Source: Phoronis australis (Eukaryota > Animalia > Phoronida). Taken from it: 64,000 nt of DNA. A program made the position numbers and the translations under genes. Positions within the stretch are counted from its first letter, which is position 1; each line of letters starts with the position of its first letter. The stretch is taken from positions 10,855 through 74,854 of the forward strand of contig NMRA01000592.1 of assembly GCA_002633005.1 (NCBI GenBank), read 5' to 3'. A model generated the notes under the pieces. It did no database searches. It saw only the letters and a program-made list of their open reading frames with translations, and was not told where the DNA came from. Positions 40,491 through 51,829 of the stretch are shown here, in pieces.

Positions 40491-40545
40491 TAGGCAATTA
40501 CATCGCCCTGCCTAACCGGCCAACCGAGGGGCTACGTGTTGCCTA
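40491..40545. mobile_element. 55-bp minimal derivative of the TAGGCAA element
   Basis: 40511-40545 is the exact reverse complement of 30433-30467; 40491-40510 matches the opposite terminus. Confidence 0.8.
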
Positions 40546-43500
40546 TAGATAAGGAGTGGCGGTGGCAGAATGTGGCATTTTCTATCTTTGGAGTGCCACA
40601 TATATCAGATTTCACTATCTCGGTTTCTCTAGAAATGAATTGTCCATTAATTAGTATAGACCATAGACCTGGTGATTTTTACTGCACATAAAAGTACATT
40701 GAAACAACTAAATTTATGTATGTCGAATTATGTGAGTTTTACGGTAGTGTAGAAAAGCTCAAAAATAAACAGGCCTAGCTCTAATACAAAGATGTGGTTA
40801 TCATACAATTATTTAATCATTGTATTGTATCTTAATGTAAATAACAGTTTTTTCTCTTTCTCTTTCTGTATATCGTCTCATATGTCCAAAATGTGGGACA
40901 CGGGACGAGCACTCAGTAGTGTAGCCAAAAGTTATCAACTGTTGGGCCAAATTTGGGAACCGATTAAATCGCCTGCATCTCAGAGGAGTTGGGTGGTTTC
41001 CGGACTCTCCAGACTCCATGTTCACAGAGTACATCAGTTTTTGTCTCTAGAAATCAATTTACTAACATATGATTGTGTGTGTTTTTCTTATAATTTACTC
41101 CTCAAAATAATAATAGCAGTTACATCAAGGGAAATATTTGTGCTTAAGAAACACCATCATGTATTGACAATTGCACGCTCACACATCTACAGGCACGCAC
41201 ATGCACACTCCTACGCACACATAAAAATATTTAATGTGGAATGAGTAACATTAAATTTTTATTTAAGATTAAATGTGTTGTAGAGTTAAACTAAGAGTAT
41301 CTGAATCTTGTACCACAAGTCAGATTCCACAAACATTTAACTATAAATGTTTCAACAGCTCCATAAGACACACATGTGTCCTCACTTGTCTATTTAATCA
41401 CATCTTTTTCAAAATACTTTGTTTAAACTTTTTCCATGAATATCATGATATTTGAAATTGCTAATGAAAGGAGGTAACAAGAGTTTTGTGTGGAAGATTA
41501 ATTTAAGTTGAATAATTTTTTGTATAATGTAAAATGTCAATCATACTGTATTCTGCATCAAGAGGAGAAACAATTTTAGAAAGCAAAATATTTCTAGAAA
41601 ACATTTTAGTTATTTAATTTACTTAACTAGAAAGAGTTTCCACACTTTGACCTGGAATTCTGGAAAGCTCGGTTTTCACTTTAATTACCCGTGTCAATTA
41701 GCAGCATAATCAGTATATCAATTTCTAATTTCTTTTTCATCTTCAAGTACCTCATACCATACTGAATAATTTTCATTTTAACTATTTCCCACTTTGTATT
41801 TTAATTTTTACTTTGATAATAATAATTTTCAATACAGGCACTTAAAATATTTTCAAGTTTGTTACATATTTTTGTCTTTTGAAATATTGGCACATGATCG
41901 TCTACAGACTGTTGTTCAACGTAATTGTGCAAGTGAAATTTCTTCCCAAACAGAATGGAAACGGATTAATTAGCCATTGGAGAATGACATGAAGACTTCG
42001 CTTTGCTTGTTCTTTAAGGACTTCAGACACTAAGCTTAGCAAAATTATTTATAATGCATGACTTCTGATACTACTTAATGTCCATTAATAGCCTAAATCA
42101 GTGGTCAACTTGGTTCGCAAATTCTCATATCCTCCACTAGATGCGCCAACATGCGTATGACGTCAGCGGTCCAAAAGGGTCTTCAGGTCAACATTCACCA
42201 TTCTGCCCGTGCCTATGCCAGTGGGGATGAAACTTCAATAACCAAAACGGTTCCGCCACTATACATTCTTACATGCCATTTATATACTGAGTAACTAATG
42301 GTTGTTTTCATTTAGATCATGTTTGATTTACAAAACAGTGAGCATATGAAAACGTGTGTAACATTACATGCACCCAGTAACACTACATAATGATTGTTGA
42401 AAGGTAATCACATGCGTGAACATTCAGCTATTCAAGAGATGTAGCTTAAATAGGACACTGTTAGAAGTTTCAAATGTCAAATTGCAAGCATCGTTACATA
42501 TTAAATGCATTGAAATGTCAATAGATGGGGAGTGTGGTCCTCCAGAAAAAGTGGATACATGAGGGGGTACATTATGCTGCAAGAAATAATCGCTTCTGTA
42601 CAAAATATCATTTGTGATATCTCGTTAGGATCTACAGCATTGTCAGACAAGAATACCACCTTAATGAATTGAAAATCAGACTCATATCAAAGCCGAAATG
42701 AGTGAATACCGTACTCGTTTCTGTACCAAAATTGAAGATTTAAAAACCCTACCTGTTTCAACGGCACCTGTATGGCTACCCATGCCATGGAGAACCCCCA
42801 GGATAGCTTTAGACTGTACTCAGACCAATATACACTCTGACGCCTATACAATGAGTCAGCTTTTTTTATTAAGAGGTTTTTTGTCACAAGGGAAGGGAGG
42901 GGGGTGAAATTACTATAAAACCCTGACTTGTTATCTCTTAGGACACTCTTGATGCAGTGTTTCTGCATAATGCATCTGGTCACATGACCTGTCCGTTTTA
43001 CAGACACACCAGAAAAGTTGGTGTAAACCCTTGGAGTTGCAATGCTCAAATGAACCAGTCTAGTACTGGATGCTAATGAACACGAAAAAAAATCTTATGA
43101 ACAAAATCTGTGGTATCTTACATTTGGAAACATGAACACAAATTGCCCCTGCTAAAAAGTTTGAGAAACGATGTCAAAAGTGAACCAACCAAACATAGTC
43201 GTTTCAAATCACCAACGTAGTTTTTTCTTGTATGAACCATATTTGGAAACTAGGACAATCATGGAGTTTCATTGGCAGAAGCAGAAAAAAAAGAAGTCAC
43301 CGTAACTTGCTCTTTTAACAATTCTGCGAATACTTGTGAAGGTCACGTGGGCACTGAGAACAGAGAATAATTATTTTATAGTCCAGGTTTTTTTTGAAAA
43401 AAAACTTTGACATTAGAGCATTATTGGTTTTCTATGAATGCCTTGACTTGACAAAACTGCATACAAAGCCAGCACTATTCTTACCGCTCTATGCGTTCAC

Positions 43501-43830
43501 ATTAACCAGAGTAACTGGGTTGCTTTGTAAAATCCTGTAAACTAAAAATTGAGGTTGTTGATTCCGGCTTCAAGCGATTGATTTTCAATGTCAAATTTCG
43601 TAAACATAGATATAAAGCAAGAATTATTAGTCTTCATACACACCGCTGTATTGATCATAGTAAGTCTAGCTCAGTAATGCAAATATGTCACGGGAGCCTG
43701 GTACAATGAGTCAGCGTTTTGTCATTGGCTTAGTCTGGGTAATATTGGTATTCAGCCTATTGAACAATTGCTTTATAGAACAAAGTGGTAGCAATGAAAA
43801 TCGGAGATTTTGTATGTTTTAGTCAGCAAA

Positions 43831-44735
43831 TTAATTGCTTGGCGAAATAAATTTCGCCAAGTATGTTGCTCTTCCACTAAGTTTTTTTTTTTTTTTTTTT
43901 TTGTTTGTTCGCACGATACAGGTCGCAATTTTCGTCCGATCATCACGAAATTTACACATAACACGTACTTCCGGAAGTCCTGGAAGCCTATTGTTTTTCG
44001 TCAAAATCGGATCCAAGATGGCGGCTGTGGCGGCCATTTTGTTTCCATTTAAAGGTNNNNNNNNNNNNNNNNNNNNNNNNNNNNNNNNNNNNNNNNNNNN
44101 NNNNNNNNNNNNNNNNNNNNNNNNNNNNNNNNNNNNNNNNNNNNNNNNNNNNNNNNNNNNNNNNNNNNNNNNNNNNNNNNNNNNNNNNNNNNNNNNNNNN
44201 NNNNNNNNNNNNNNNNNNNNNNNNNNNNNNNNNNNNNNNNNNNNNNNNNNNNNNNNNNNNNNNNNNNNNNNNNNNNNNNNNNNNNNNNNNNNNNNNNNNN
44301 NNNNNNNNNNNNNNNNNNNNNNNNNNNNNNNNNNNNNNNNNNNNNNNNNNNNNNNNNNNNNNNNNNNNNNNNNNNNNNNNNNNNNNNNNNNNNNNNNNNN
44401 NNNNNNNNNNNNNNNNNNNNNNNNNNNNNNNNNNNNNNGTCATATGAATGTTGTGATGTTGTTCATCATCGCCACCAACATCATCATATTCGTCATCATC
44501 GTCATCATCTTCGTCATCATCTCCGTCTTTTCCTTAATTTCGCCAAGTGTCGCTCAAGACTAGCCTTTTTCTTACTGATTTCGGACTCCTACGTTCGTCA
44601 TGTGTATGTTATTGTTACTTCTTTTGTTCATCCTCGCCACCATCGTCGTCATATTCGTCATCTTCGTCATCATCTTTATCGTCATCTTTTTGGTTAATTT
44701 CGCCAAGTTTCGCTCCTCAGAGCGCTTTCATATTA
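43831..44735 (+). mobile_element. DINE-1/Helentron-type element, family B, spanning a gap
   Basis: 5' hairpin cttggcgaaat-aa-atttcgccaag; aatttcgccaagt recurs at about 44536 and 44696, followed by the stem-loop cgctc-ctca-gagcg. Confidence 0.7.
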
Positions 44736-45692
44736 AATATTACTTACAGTTTGTATGTTTGTACAGCATGTTCATGTTGTGTGTTGTGTTACGATAATTA
44801 AATCATTGTTCATGGCCAGGAGCAACTAACATATAGTTTCTTAATACATACGTAACTGCATTGTTCCTAACATTCTTACTTGTAGATGTGTACAAACTTT
44901 CAACAACCTCATACAATTATAACAGCTTTTGATTTTTTTGTTTTGATAGAAGCAATTTTGAGGCCAAACGTCCTAAAATCACAGGCGTCCTCAATTTCTA
45001 ATCGTCCCCAATGCACTATGTATATCTATTATATAGTGCATTGGGGACGATAAGAAGCTCAGGACGCCTGTGGCTAAAACGGAATATTTTTTACTCACGA
45101 TGCCCTTTAATGTAAACCTGTTCTGTCTATGAAGAAAACTTTTGATTTAGAGCCCTTACTTCCATAAAATCTGGTTTAAAAGCACTTTGAGTAGACACCT
45201 ATATTGTAAGCAAAATTATCCAACATGTTCTTAAAATTTTGTTGCAGTTGAACTTAGTTACAAGGAATCTTCTGGGACTATAACCAAATCTACATTTAAG
45301 AGATAATAAAAACCATAGAACCGTTGAGTCATCATTTTTTCTGTGTTAAGGTGTTCAATCGCATGCCGTGCCATGTGAAGTAAATCACCCTTGTGTCACA
45401 CTTTGTGTGCAAACATGAAATCTAGGAGTCCACGCGTAATCAATTTTCAGATTGGCAAGTACACTGGTTTGCTGTAAATTTGGTGAAGTTACCGACTGGG
45501 ACATTGATGTTTCATTTGTTATTGTGTGAACGTGATATCCATGTTCATTAAAAGCGAATCGCAGGAAACATTCTTTGCATTACAGAAAAATGGGACTTGA
45601 GGAATGGAGTGTTATAAGTAAGGGGACGATATAAACAGGGTTCTTTGTAATGTATTGCAAGCTAGTTATACATGGAGTTATGCATATCTTAA

Positions 45693-46414
45693 AGGAGAAT
45701 GCCACCCGATTTAATTAGTCTTTTTTGCCATCTTAATTGGTCTATATCCACATCGACCTTACCTTACCAAGAGGTGTCGCGTTAACCTGTGAGGAAGGTG
45801 AGAAACGACGCTAGCGACGTCAGTGGTTCATATGCAGAGTGAATGCCGCTATGTTGCGGTGTATCGTTCCCACTTGTCCAAACTAAGCAGCTGCGAGGAA
45901 AGCAGGTATATCGTTTTTTAATTCCTCGAGAGTCCGAAATGCTTAGGAAGTGGCTCATAGTAGTGAAGAATGAAATGTACGCTGTAAATAGCAAGTATGA
46001 GGCCGTGAAACACCTCCGTGTCTGTGGCCTGCAGACATAGACAGTGCCTGACAAACATGCCGGCTTACCAAATCACTCCATACGTTCCGTTGTTTGAGCT
46101 TGTTCACGGCACGTCTCTAGTATTTCTTCATCACTGTATTCCTGTTCAAATTGATAGCCTGTAAAACTTAACGACCCACCTGCGAAGTCGGGGCTGATGA
46201 GCTCTAGTAGCTCGTCCTAAGTCGGGATTGCGAGTTGCTATGTTGGCGTTTATTACTGAGCGTTCTGTTTCAAAATGAATTATTCTCACCCTAACCAATA
46301 CTTATATAAAACTGAAACAAAGTCTGTCTCATTAGATGCAATTTGTAATGCCTTTGGAGTGTTCGTGAGTGCAAATGATTTGAGAAGCCAGCAATGAATA
46401 AATCACTGCGTTAC
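45693..46414. mobile_element. Internally deleted Kolobok element: THAP remnant (+) and KolX-like N-terminus (-); right end probably in the gap
   Basis: TTAA|AGG left end; MPLCC...P...RKW...LRVC at 45843-46040; minus-strand GYQFEQEYSDEE at about 46073-46216. Confidence 0.72.
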
Positions 46415-47363
46415 NNNNNNNNNNNNNNNNNNNNNNNNNNNNNNNNNNNNNNNNNNNNNNNNNNNNNNNNNNNNNNNNNNNNNNNNNNNNNNNNNNNNNN
46501 NNNNNNNNNNNNNNNNNNNNNNNNNNNNNNNNNNNNNNNNNNNNNNNNNNNNNNNNNNNNNNNNNNNNNNNNNNNNNNNNNNNNNNNNNNNNNNNNNNNN
46601 NNNNNNNNNNNNNNNNNNNNNNNNNNNNNNNNNNNNNNNNNNNNNNNNNNNNNNNNNNNNNNNNNNNNNNNNNNNNNNNNNNNNNNNNNNNNNNNNNNNN
46701 NNNNNNNNNNNNNNNNNNNNNNNNNNNNNNNNNNNNNNNNNNNNNNNNNNNNNNNNNNNNNNNNNNNNNNNNNNNNNNNNNNNNNNNNNNNNNNNNNNNN
46801 NNNNNNNNNNNNNNNNNNNNNNNNNNNNNNNNNNNNNNNNNNNNNNNNNNNNNNNNNNNNNNNNNNNNNNNNNNNNNNNNNNNNNNNNNNNNNNNNNNNN
46901 NNNNNNNNNNNNNNNNNNNNNNNNNNNNNNNNNNNNNNNNNNNNNNNNNNNNNNNNNNNNNNNNNNNNNNNNNNNNNNNNNNNNNNNNNNNNNNNNNNNN
47001 NNNNNNNNNNNNNNNNNNNNNNNNNNNTGACCTATCTGCTGTAGTTTCCGGTCAGTGTATTTTGACGAGAAATACTTGCATCTACTTTACTGTCCAAAAC
47101 AACAAAAACATTATTAATTAATATTAATTTCGGCATTGAAACGCTTTTCAAAGTCTTTCAATAGTAGAAGTGTTGGTATTATGAGTACTTTTGGTTATGC
47201 TACTGGTAATTAATTACAAAATTCAAACTTCGGTGCCGACTGAATATGTCATCTGCTTGCCCAATAGCAGCATAGTTATCGGACAGTTTTTGATTTATGG
47301 TTCACATAGGCCTACTGAGAAAACTACGAAAGCATGTTTATAAATCAACATTCTCAAGTGAGC

Positions 47364-47449
47364 AGTTCTTCTGGGAAGTGTTGAGTGGCCCTTAAAAGGG
47401 CCGTTGGTTGTAGCTATAGCGTGAAATGGTTCTTAAAAGAACCGTTGAA
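47364..47449 (-). other. Two histone-mRNA-type 3' stem-loops plus a putative histone downstream element
   Basis: CAAC-GGTTCT-TTTA-AGAACC (47428-47443) and CAAC-GGCCCT-TTTA-AGGGCC-ACTCA (47387-47402), then AGAAGAACTG 15 nt downstream. Confidence 0.75.
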
Positions 47450-49168
47450 TAATTCAACATAAATCACACAGTATACCATGCTCACTCAAGTACTGAAAGG
47501 TCCTCTTCATTCAAATTTTCATCTGGGAAGGTTGGATGAAAACAGAGAAGATGGCAATATCGATGACAGTTGTATCACCTTATATAAATGTTACCGTTCT
47601 CCAACGTTATCACGAACCCTGCCTTTTCAGTTCTTGTTCCTGGATTCAGAAGTAGCCCTGAACCATAGGGTAAAAAGACATGGTTACGAAAACGAATCAA
47701 ATTTTGAAAATCATCGCCTTCGTGTGATTACGTGTTGCTGTCGCCAGAATGTTGTTCCTCCCCAACATCAATGTCGAAAATTGACGTTACAAGTGATGGA
47801 AACTTGTGTCCTTTGTTTCTAACTTTTAACCCATTTTTTAAGAAAGGGGTGTACTGATTTTGTCTAACGTCGATAGAGCATAACTTTTGGTTTTTACAAG
47901 GCATTAATTGTGTTGAATGCATTCATATTAGGTGGCTTCATTGAGTTGAACAGAAAATACGCTAAATGTAACATAATAAAGTTTTGAAAATAAATAGAAC
48001 AGTAAAACAGGGCTCCCTAAAAATCGAGCTGTTTTCGAAAACTTTGCGCCATGTTGGTGATCTGATTGGTTCATGCATTTAAAGGCGGGAAAATAATAGA
48101 CCAAGTATGGTGCACGTGTGCACTGTAGCAACACTTTTTATCTTATTCTTATTTGGCCAATCTGTTGATACAGTAAATTTCCTTATTTATGCCCATCCTG
48201 ATTTGACTGCAACTTGAGCTTGTTGGGTTCTATCATATATTGGGTTGGCATTGGGACCCAGATGATGCTTACTCGAATGGGCTTCATTTTCCAAGTATTT
48301 CAAATTGAGGTGAAGTAAATAAATAAAATGGGTGATTATCATCACCAGAATTTCATCATTTGTATCTTTTGCCGGGTGCTCAAATTTTCTGAGACTAGGG
48401 ATTGTCAGATTTGTAAGGTAGAAGTGTTTCGCTGGATTTCCAGGTCTGTGGCGTTATTTATACCGGACCAAAATTAAAAAAATAGACCTTTGTTTAAATC
48501 AGGAGCTGCATGATACACATTTATTAGACGTGCGCAGGCATTGCACTGATCACTTGGAACCATTTTTATGGTTTATTAATATATATAGTTAAACCAAGCT
48601 GAGGAGCTTGAAACCTGATTTACGGCAATTTTTGGCAGTCGTATTTTCTGAAAAATGCTCGTAAGTTGACAACAAAGTTTGATAGCAGTGCACTGCAGTT
48701 TTGTAGAAACTCTGGTCATAGGTTACAGATGCGTCACAGAGCGTAACTTTGATGAATTCTAGCTTACGATTTCACCTGTTTCGGAGACTGGGTTTCAACC
48801 ACTTTTGGGCTATAATAAGCGCCCCCTTCCTGAAGTGGATTTTTCTAAGCACCCTGGCCGCTTATTAGGGCGCATACGGTAATATTTCAGAAGGGCAATA
48901 CTTAGTATCCTTTATCCACGGGACCCTTATGTTACAATAGGAGTGGGATTGGCTCATTATGTACCCTACAGGTGGCATAGGACTTTACAAAACTGGTTGA
49001 AGAATTTTGTTTTCGTCATAAACGTTCGTTTGAAATGTTAGGACTTAAGGCGGAAATTTAAAAAACCATATGTCTGCTTACAAAAAATTTAACATTGAAG
49101 AATAAAAACAACCTTTATACCCCTCTGGTGTTCCCGTTCCATGTTTTCAAAGAAGTTGGTTGCATTTT

Positions 49169-49925
49169 CATAGACTGCAGTCTTTGTACTGCATATATTC
49201 TACATGAAATGAGTGTGTAACCTGCTGTTGAATTGCGAGATAGATTTTGACTGGTCCGGGTGGTTATTTATGAAGTATTACTGTAATCTTTATTTATGTT
49301 AAAGGTTTTACCAGCGTTCTATTTATTTGTACACGATTGTGAATTTGTTGAAATTGCTGATCCAAATCCTGGCCAAATGTGCACATTCTGCTGAGACCAA
49401 CCGTCTGATCAGGGCCAGCGAAGAGTAATTTGGTTAATTCGCTCACTAGGCTATGGCTGAACTTCCTCGCAAGGACAAGAGTTTACGAAGAAATTTAGCG
49501 GATAATTTTCGTCAAAAAGTTTACCAGATAGTTTTTGTCAAAACGGAGAAAACAAAAATGGATTTGTGAAGACAGGATTAAGTAGTAGAGTCTCTTAAAA
49601 ACATTCATCTTCGAAGTGCCGTGAACAAATGTATAAAGTCATTGCTGAAACAACTGCCATTCACGTTGACTCAAGAAGTAAGGTTTTCTTCCCACTGCCG
49701 ATTATGGGGTCTTCGGATGGTATGGAAGCTAATTCCTTTGCATTTCGCTTGTGTGGCCGAACAACCGGCGACCATGATTAGCAGACGACGTACTTGCCGG
49801 AAATTGCACCAGATAATTTGGCCAGGTGTCACCAGTGAATAATGACGTAAGGGCTTGTGCGTAAGGTCACAGATTTCGTCCATTGAAAGTATACGGAGTT
49901 GGCTGTCCATGTACTATAGTCTATG
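49169..49925 (-). mobile_element. P-element-like remnant with degenerate THAP domain
   Basis: catagact...agtctatg termini; minus strand 49595-49775 reads VAGCS...GISFH...W then, in a shifted frame, LYICSRHFEDECF*; TSD not clean. Confidence 0.62.
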
Positions 49926-50539
49926 TTTGCATGGATTGATGCAGTTCAGCTAAAGAAAACAAGTGTTGCAGTTTTGATAAATGTGTTTTAAGAAATGAAA
50001 TCACAGAAATAAAACAGATGGTTTTATTTCTTGGTTCACTTCCTTTATTTTTATGAAAAAGTGATAACAAACTGCACTTCATTAAATATACCGGTATTTA
50101 TTGTCTTTCGCTGAAGTCAATATTCCATCAAGGTCATTAATTATCACATTTTTGGGTCTGAAAACCAACAGATTGACAAGGTTGAAAGTCAGTAGTTGTT
50201 TTGTTATAGGATGTACTTCGGAATTCTGCCAAGTAATTCATGGAAGGAGATGTTTTCAAGATTTCACTTACATGTCTTAAATAAGAACAAAGTGTAGATG
50301 TATAATGTATTCAGGCTACAATCCAACAATGAAATGGTCCAGTCGTTGTTGAAGTTGCACATAAAATAGACCTTGTCAAGAACTAGTGAATGTGTTAGCT
50401 AAAACCCCATATGTCCATCACTTATTTGGTCAGTCAGCTACCTGTCTTTTTACCCAAAACGTGGTGGAGAGATTTTGAAAAAAAACTTTCAGGATATGCT
50501 CAGAATGGATAAAGGAAGAATCAGTAATCATTTTTGAAA

Positions 50540-51829
50540 CAGGGCTCGACATAATGAGCTGCAGGTCACATTTGCGACCTGAAATTTGGAAATGCGAGCT
50601 GAGATTTTTGTCAGCTCGTATCAAGTCGCAAAATGCGACCTGGAATTTCCAACGAATGCGAGCTGAGTTTTTACACTTCTCAACAGATACCTGGCAAATA
50701 CAAAGCAGCTCTTGTTAATCCGACCGTTATTTGGTTGTTGCCAAATCCAAGTTCAAAAGAACACTAACCGAGAACAGCCCTTCCGATGAATTGTAAGCAA
50801 CTCGCGTGAACATGGGATATGCAGAATCGATCTTTGACGCGTTTCATTGGCTAACGCTTTCGGCCACTTTTGTAAATTCCTGGATTTGCCAAAGAAAGTT
50901 TCGGGCCACTGCTTAACACGTGATAAAACTTCACAAAACACCGGTGTTTCTACTAATTCTTAAGCGATCAACTTACCAAACTTTGTGGTGGGCAAAAATT
51001 TTATTTTTCACATAAGATGTCCTTATTACATGTACCAAATATCCACAACAATATCCCTGATATCGCACTGCGGCACCGTTAGCGCGCAAGCGGTCCCGGC
51101 AGACAATTGTGACTTAGACTGAGATGTGCTTCTCCTTTCTATCGTATTAAGACAGCCAAAGTGAAAATGACAACCTTATTAATCGCCAAACGACGGTCAC
51201 ATCTTTACTTTCAGTTGTCAAGAAATTCTCAAACCCTTTACTTGTTTCTGGGGCTATGTGCGCGAAGTATGATTTGTCTTTTACACGTTGTTGCCAACGT
51301 AAAGTGTAGGCCCACTCCAGCGATTCAAGTGCGTGAACTCACGCGTGCGCAGTCCTAAATGAAAGAGTATACCGGCTTGGCTCTGGTTTATTTGAAAATG
51401 AACTCAGATTCCCAGCGGTTATAAAAGACCCGATGTCCCGGGACCGATATAACCCAGAAATGACGTTTTCCTGTTCCGATGTTTCCCGAGGTCGATGTTC
51501 TGTAAACCCTGTATTCTATGCCTGTAGCCAGCTATTGCAACTAAACTGGCACTAGATGCGAATTTGTGGTTCAAGTTAGCAAACTTTTCATTCTTCTCTT
51601 CATACAGTCAGTTTTGAGATCCGAAATTTGTGAGTATTTAACGCTGCAGGTAAGAGCATAATCTAAACATTTTCTCGATCATCTAAAAAATCTATTTTGG
51701 TGCGTAAAAATGGCGGGAAAATTTTGCGACCTGGCATTTACGAATGCGAGCTGGGTTTTGAAAATGCGACCTGGGATTTTGGCTAGGTCGCAAAATGCGA
51801 CCTGGCGATTTTAATAGCGTCGAGCCCTG
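50540..51829. mobile_element. hAT-like non-autonomous element with 5-bp TSD (TGAAA)
   Basis: Perfect 11-bp TIR cagggctcgac; subterminal gcgacct/gcgagct repeats at both ends; TGAAA on both sides. Confidence 0.88.

Noticed and set aside
43835-47044. Long ORFs of 242, 151 and 216 aa
   Set aside because: Artefacts of reading through N gaps
47450-47930. Histone coding sequence upstream of the stem-loops
   Set aside because: The minus-strand translations I read show no histone-fold or Lys/Ala-rich H1-like sequence, and they contain multiple stops
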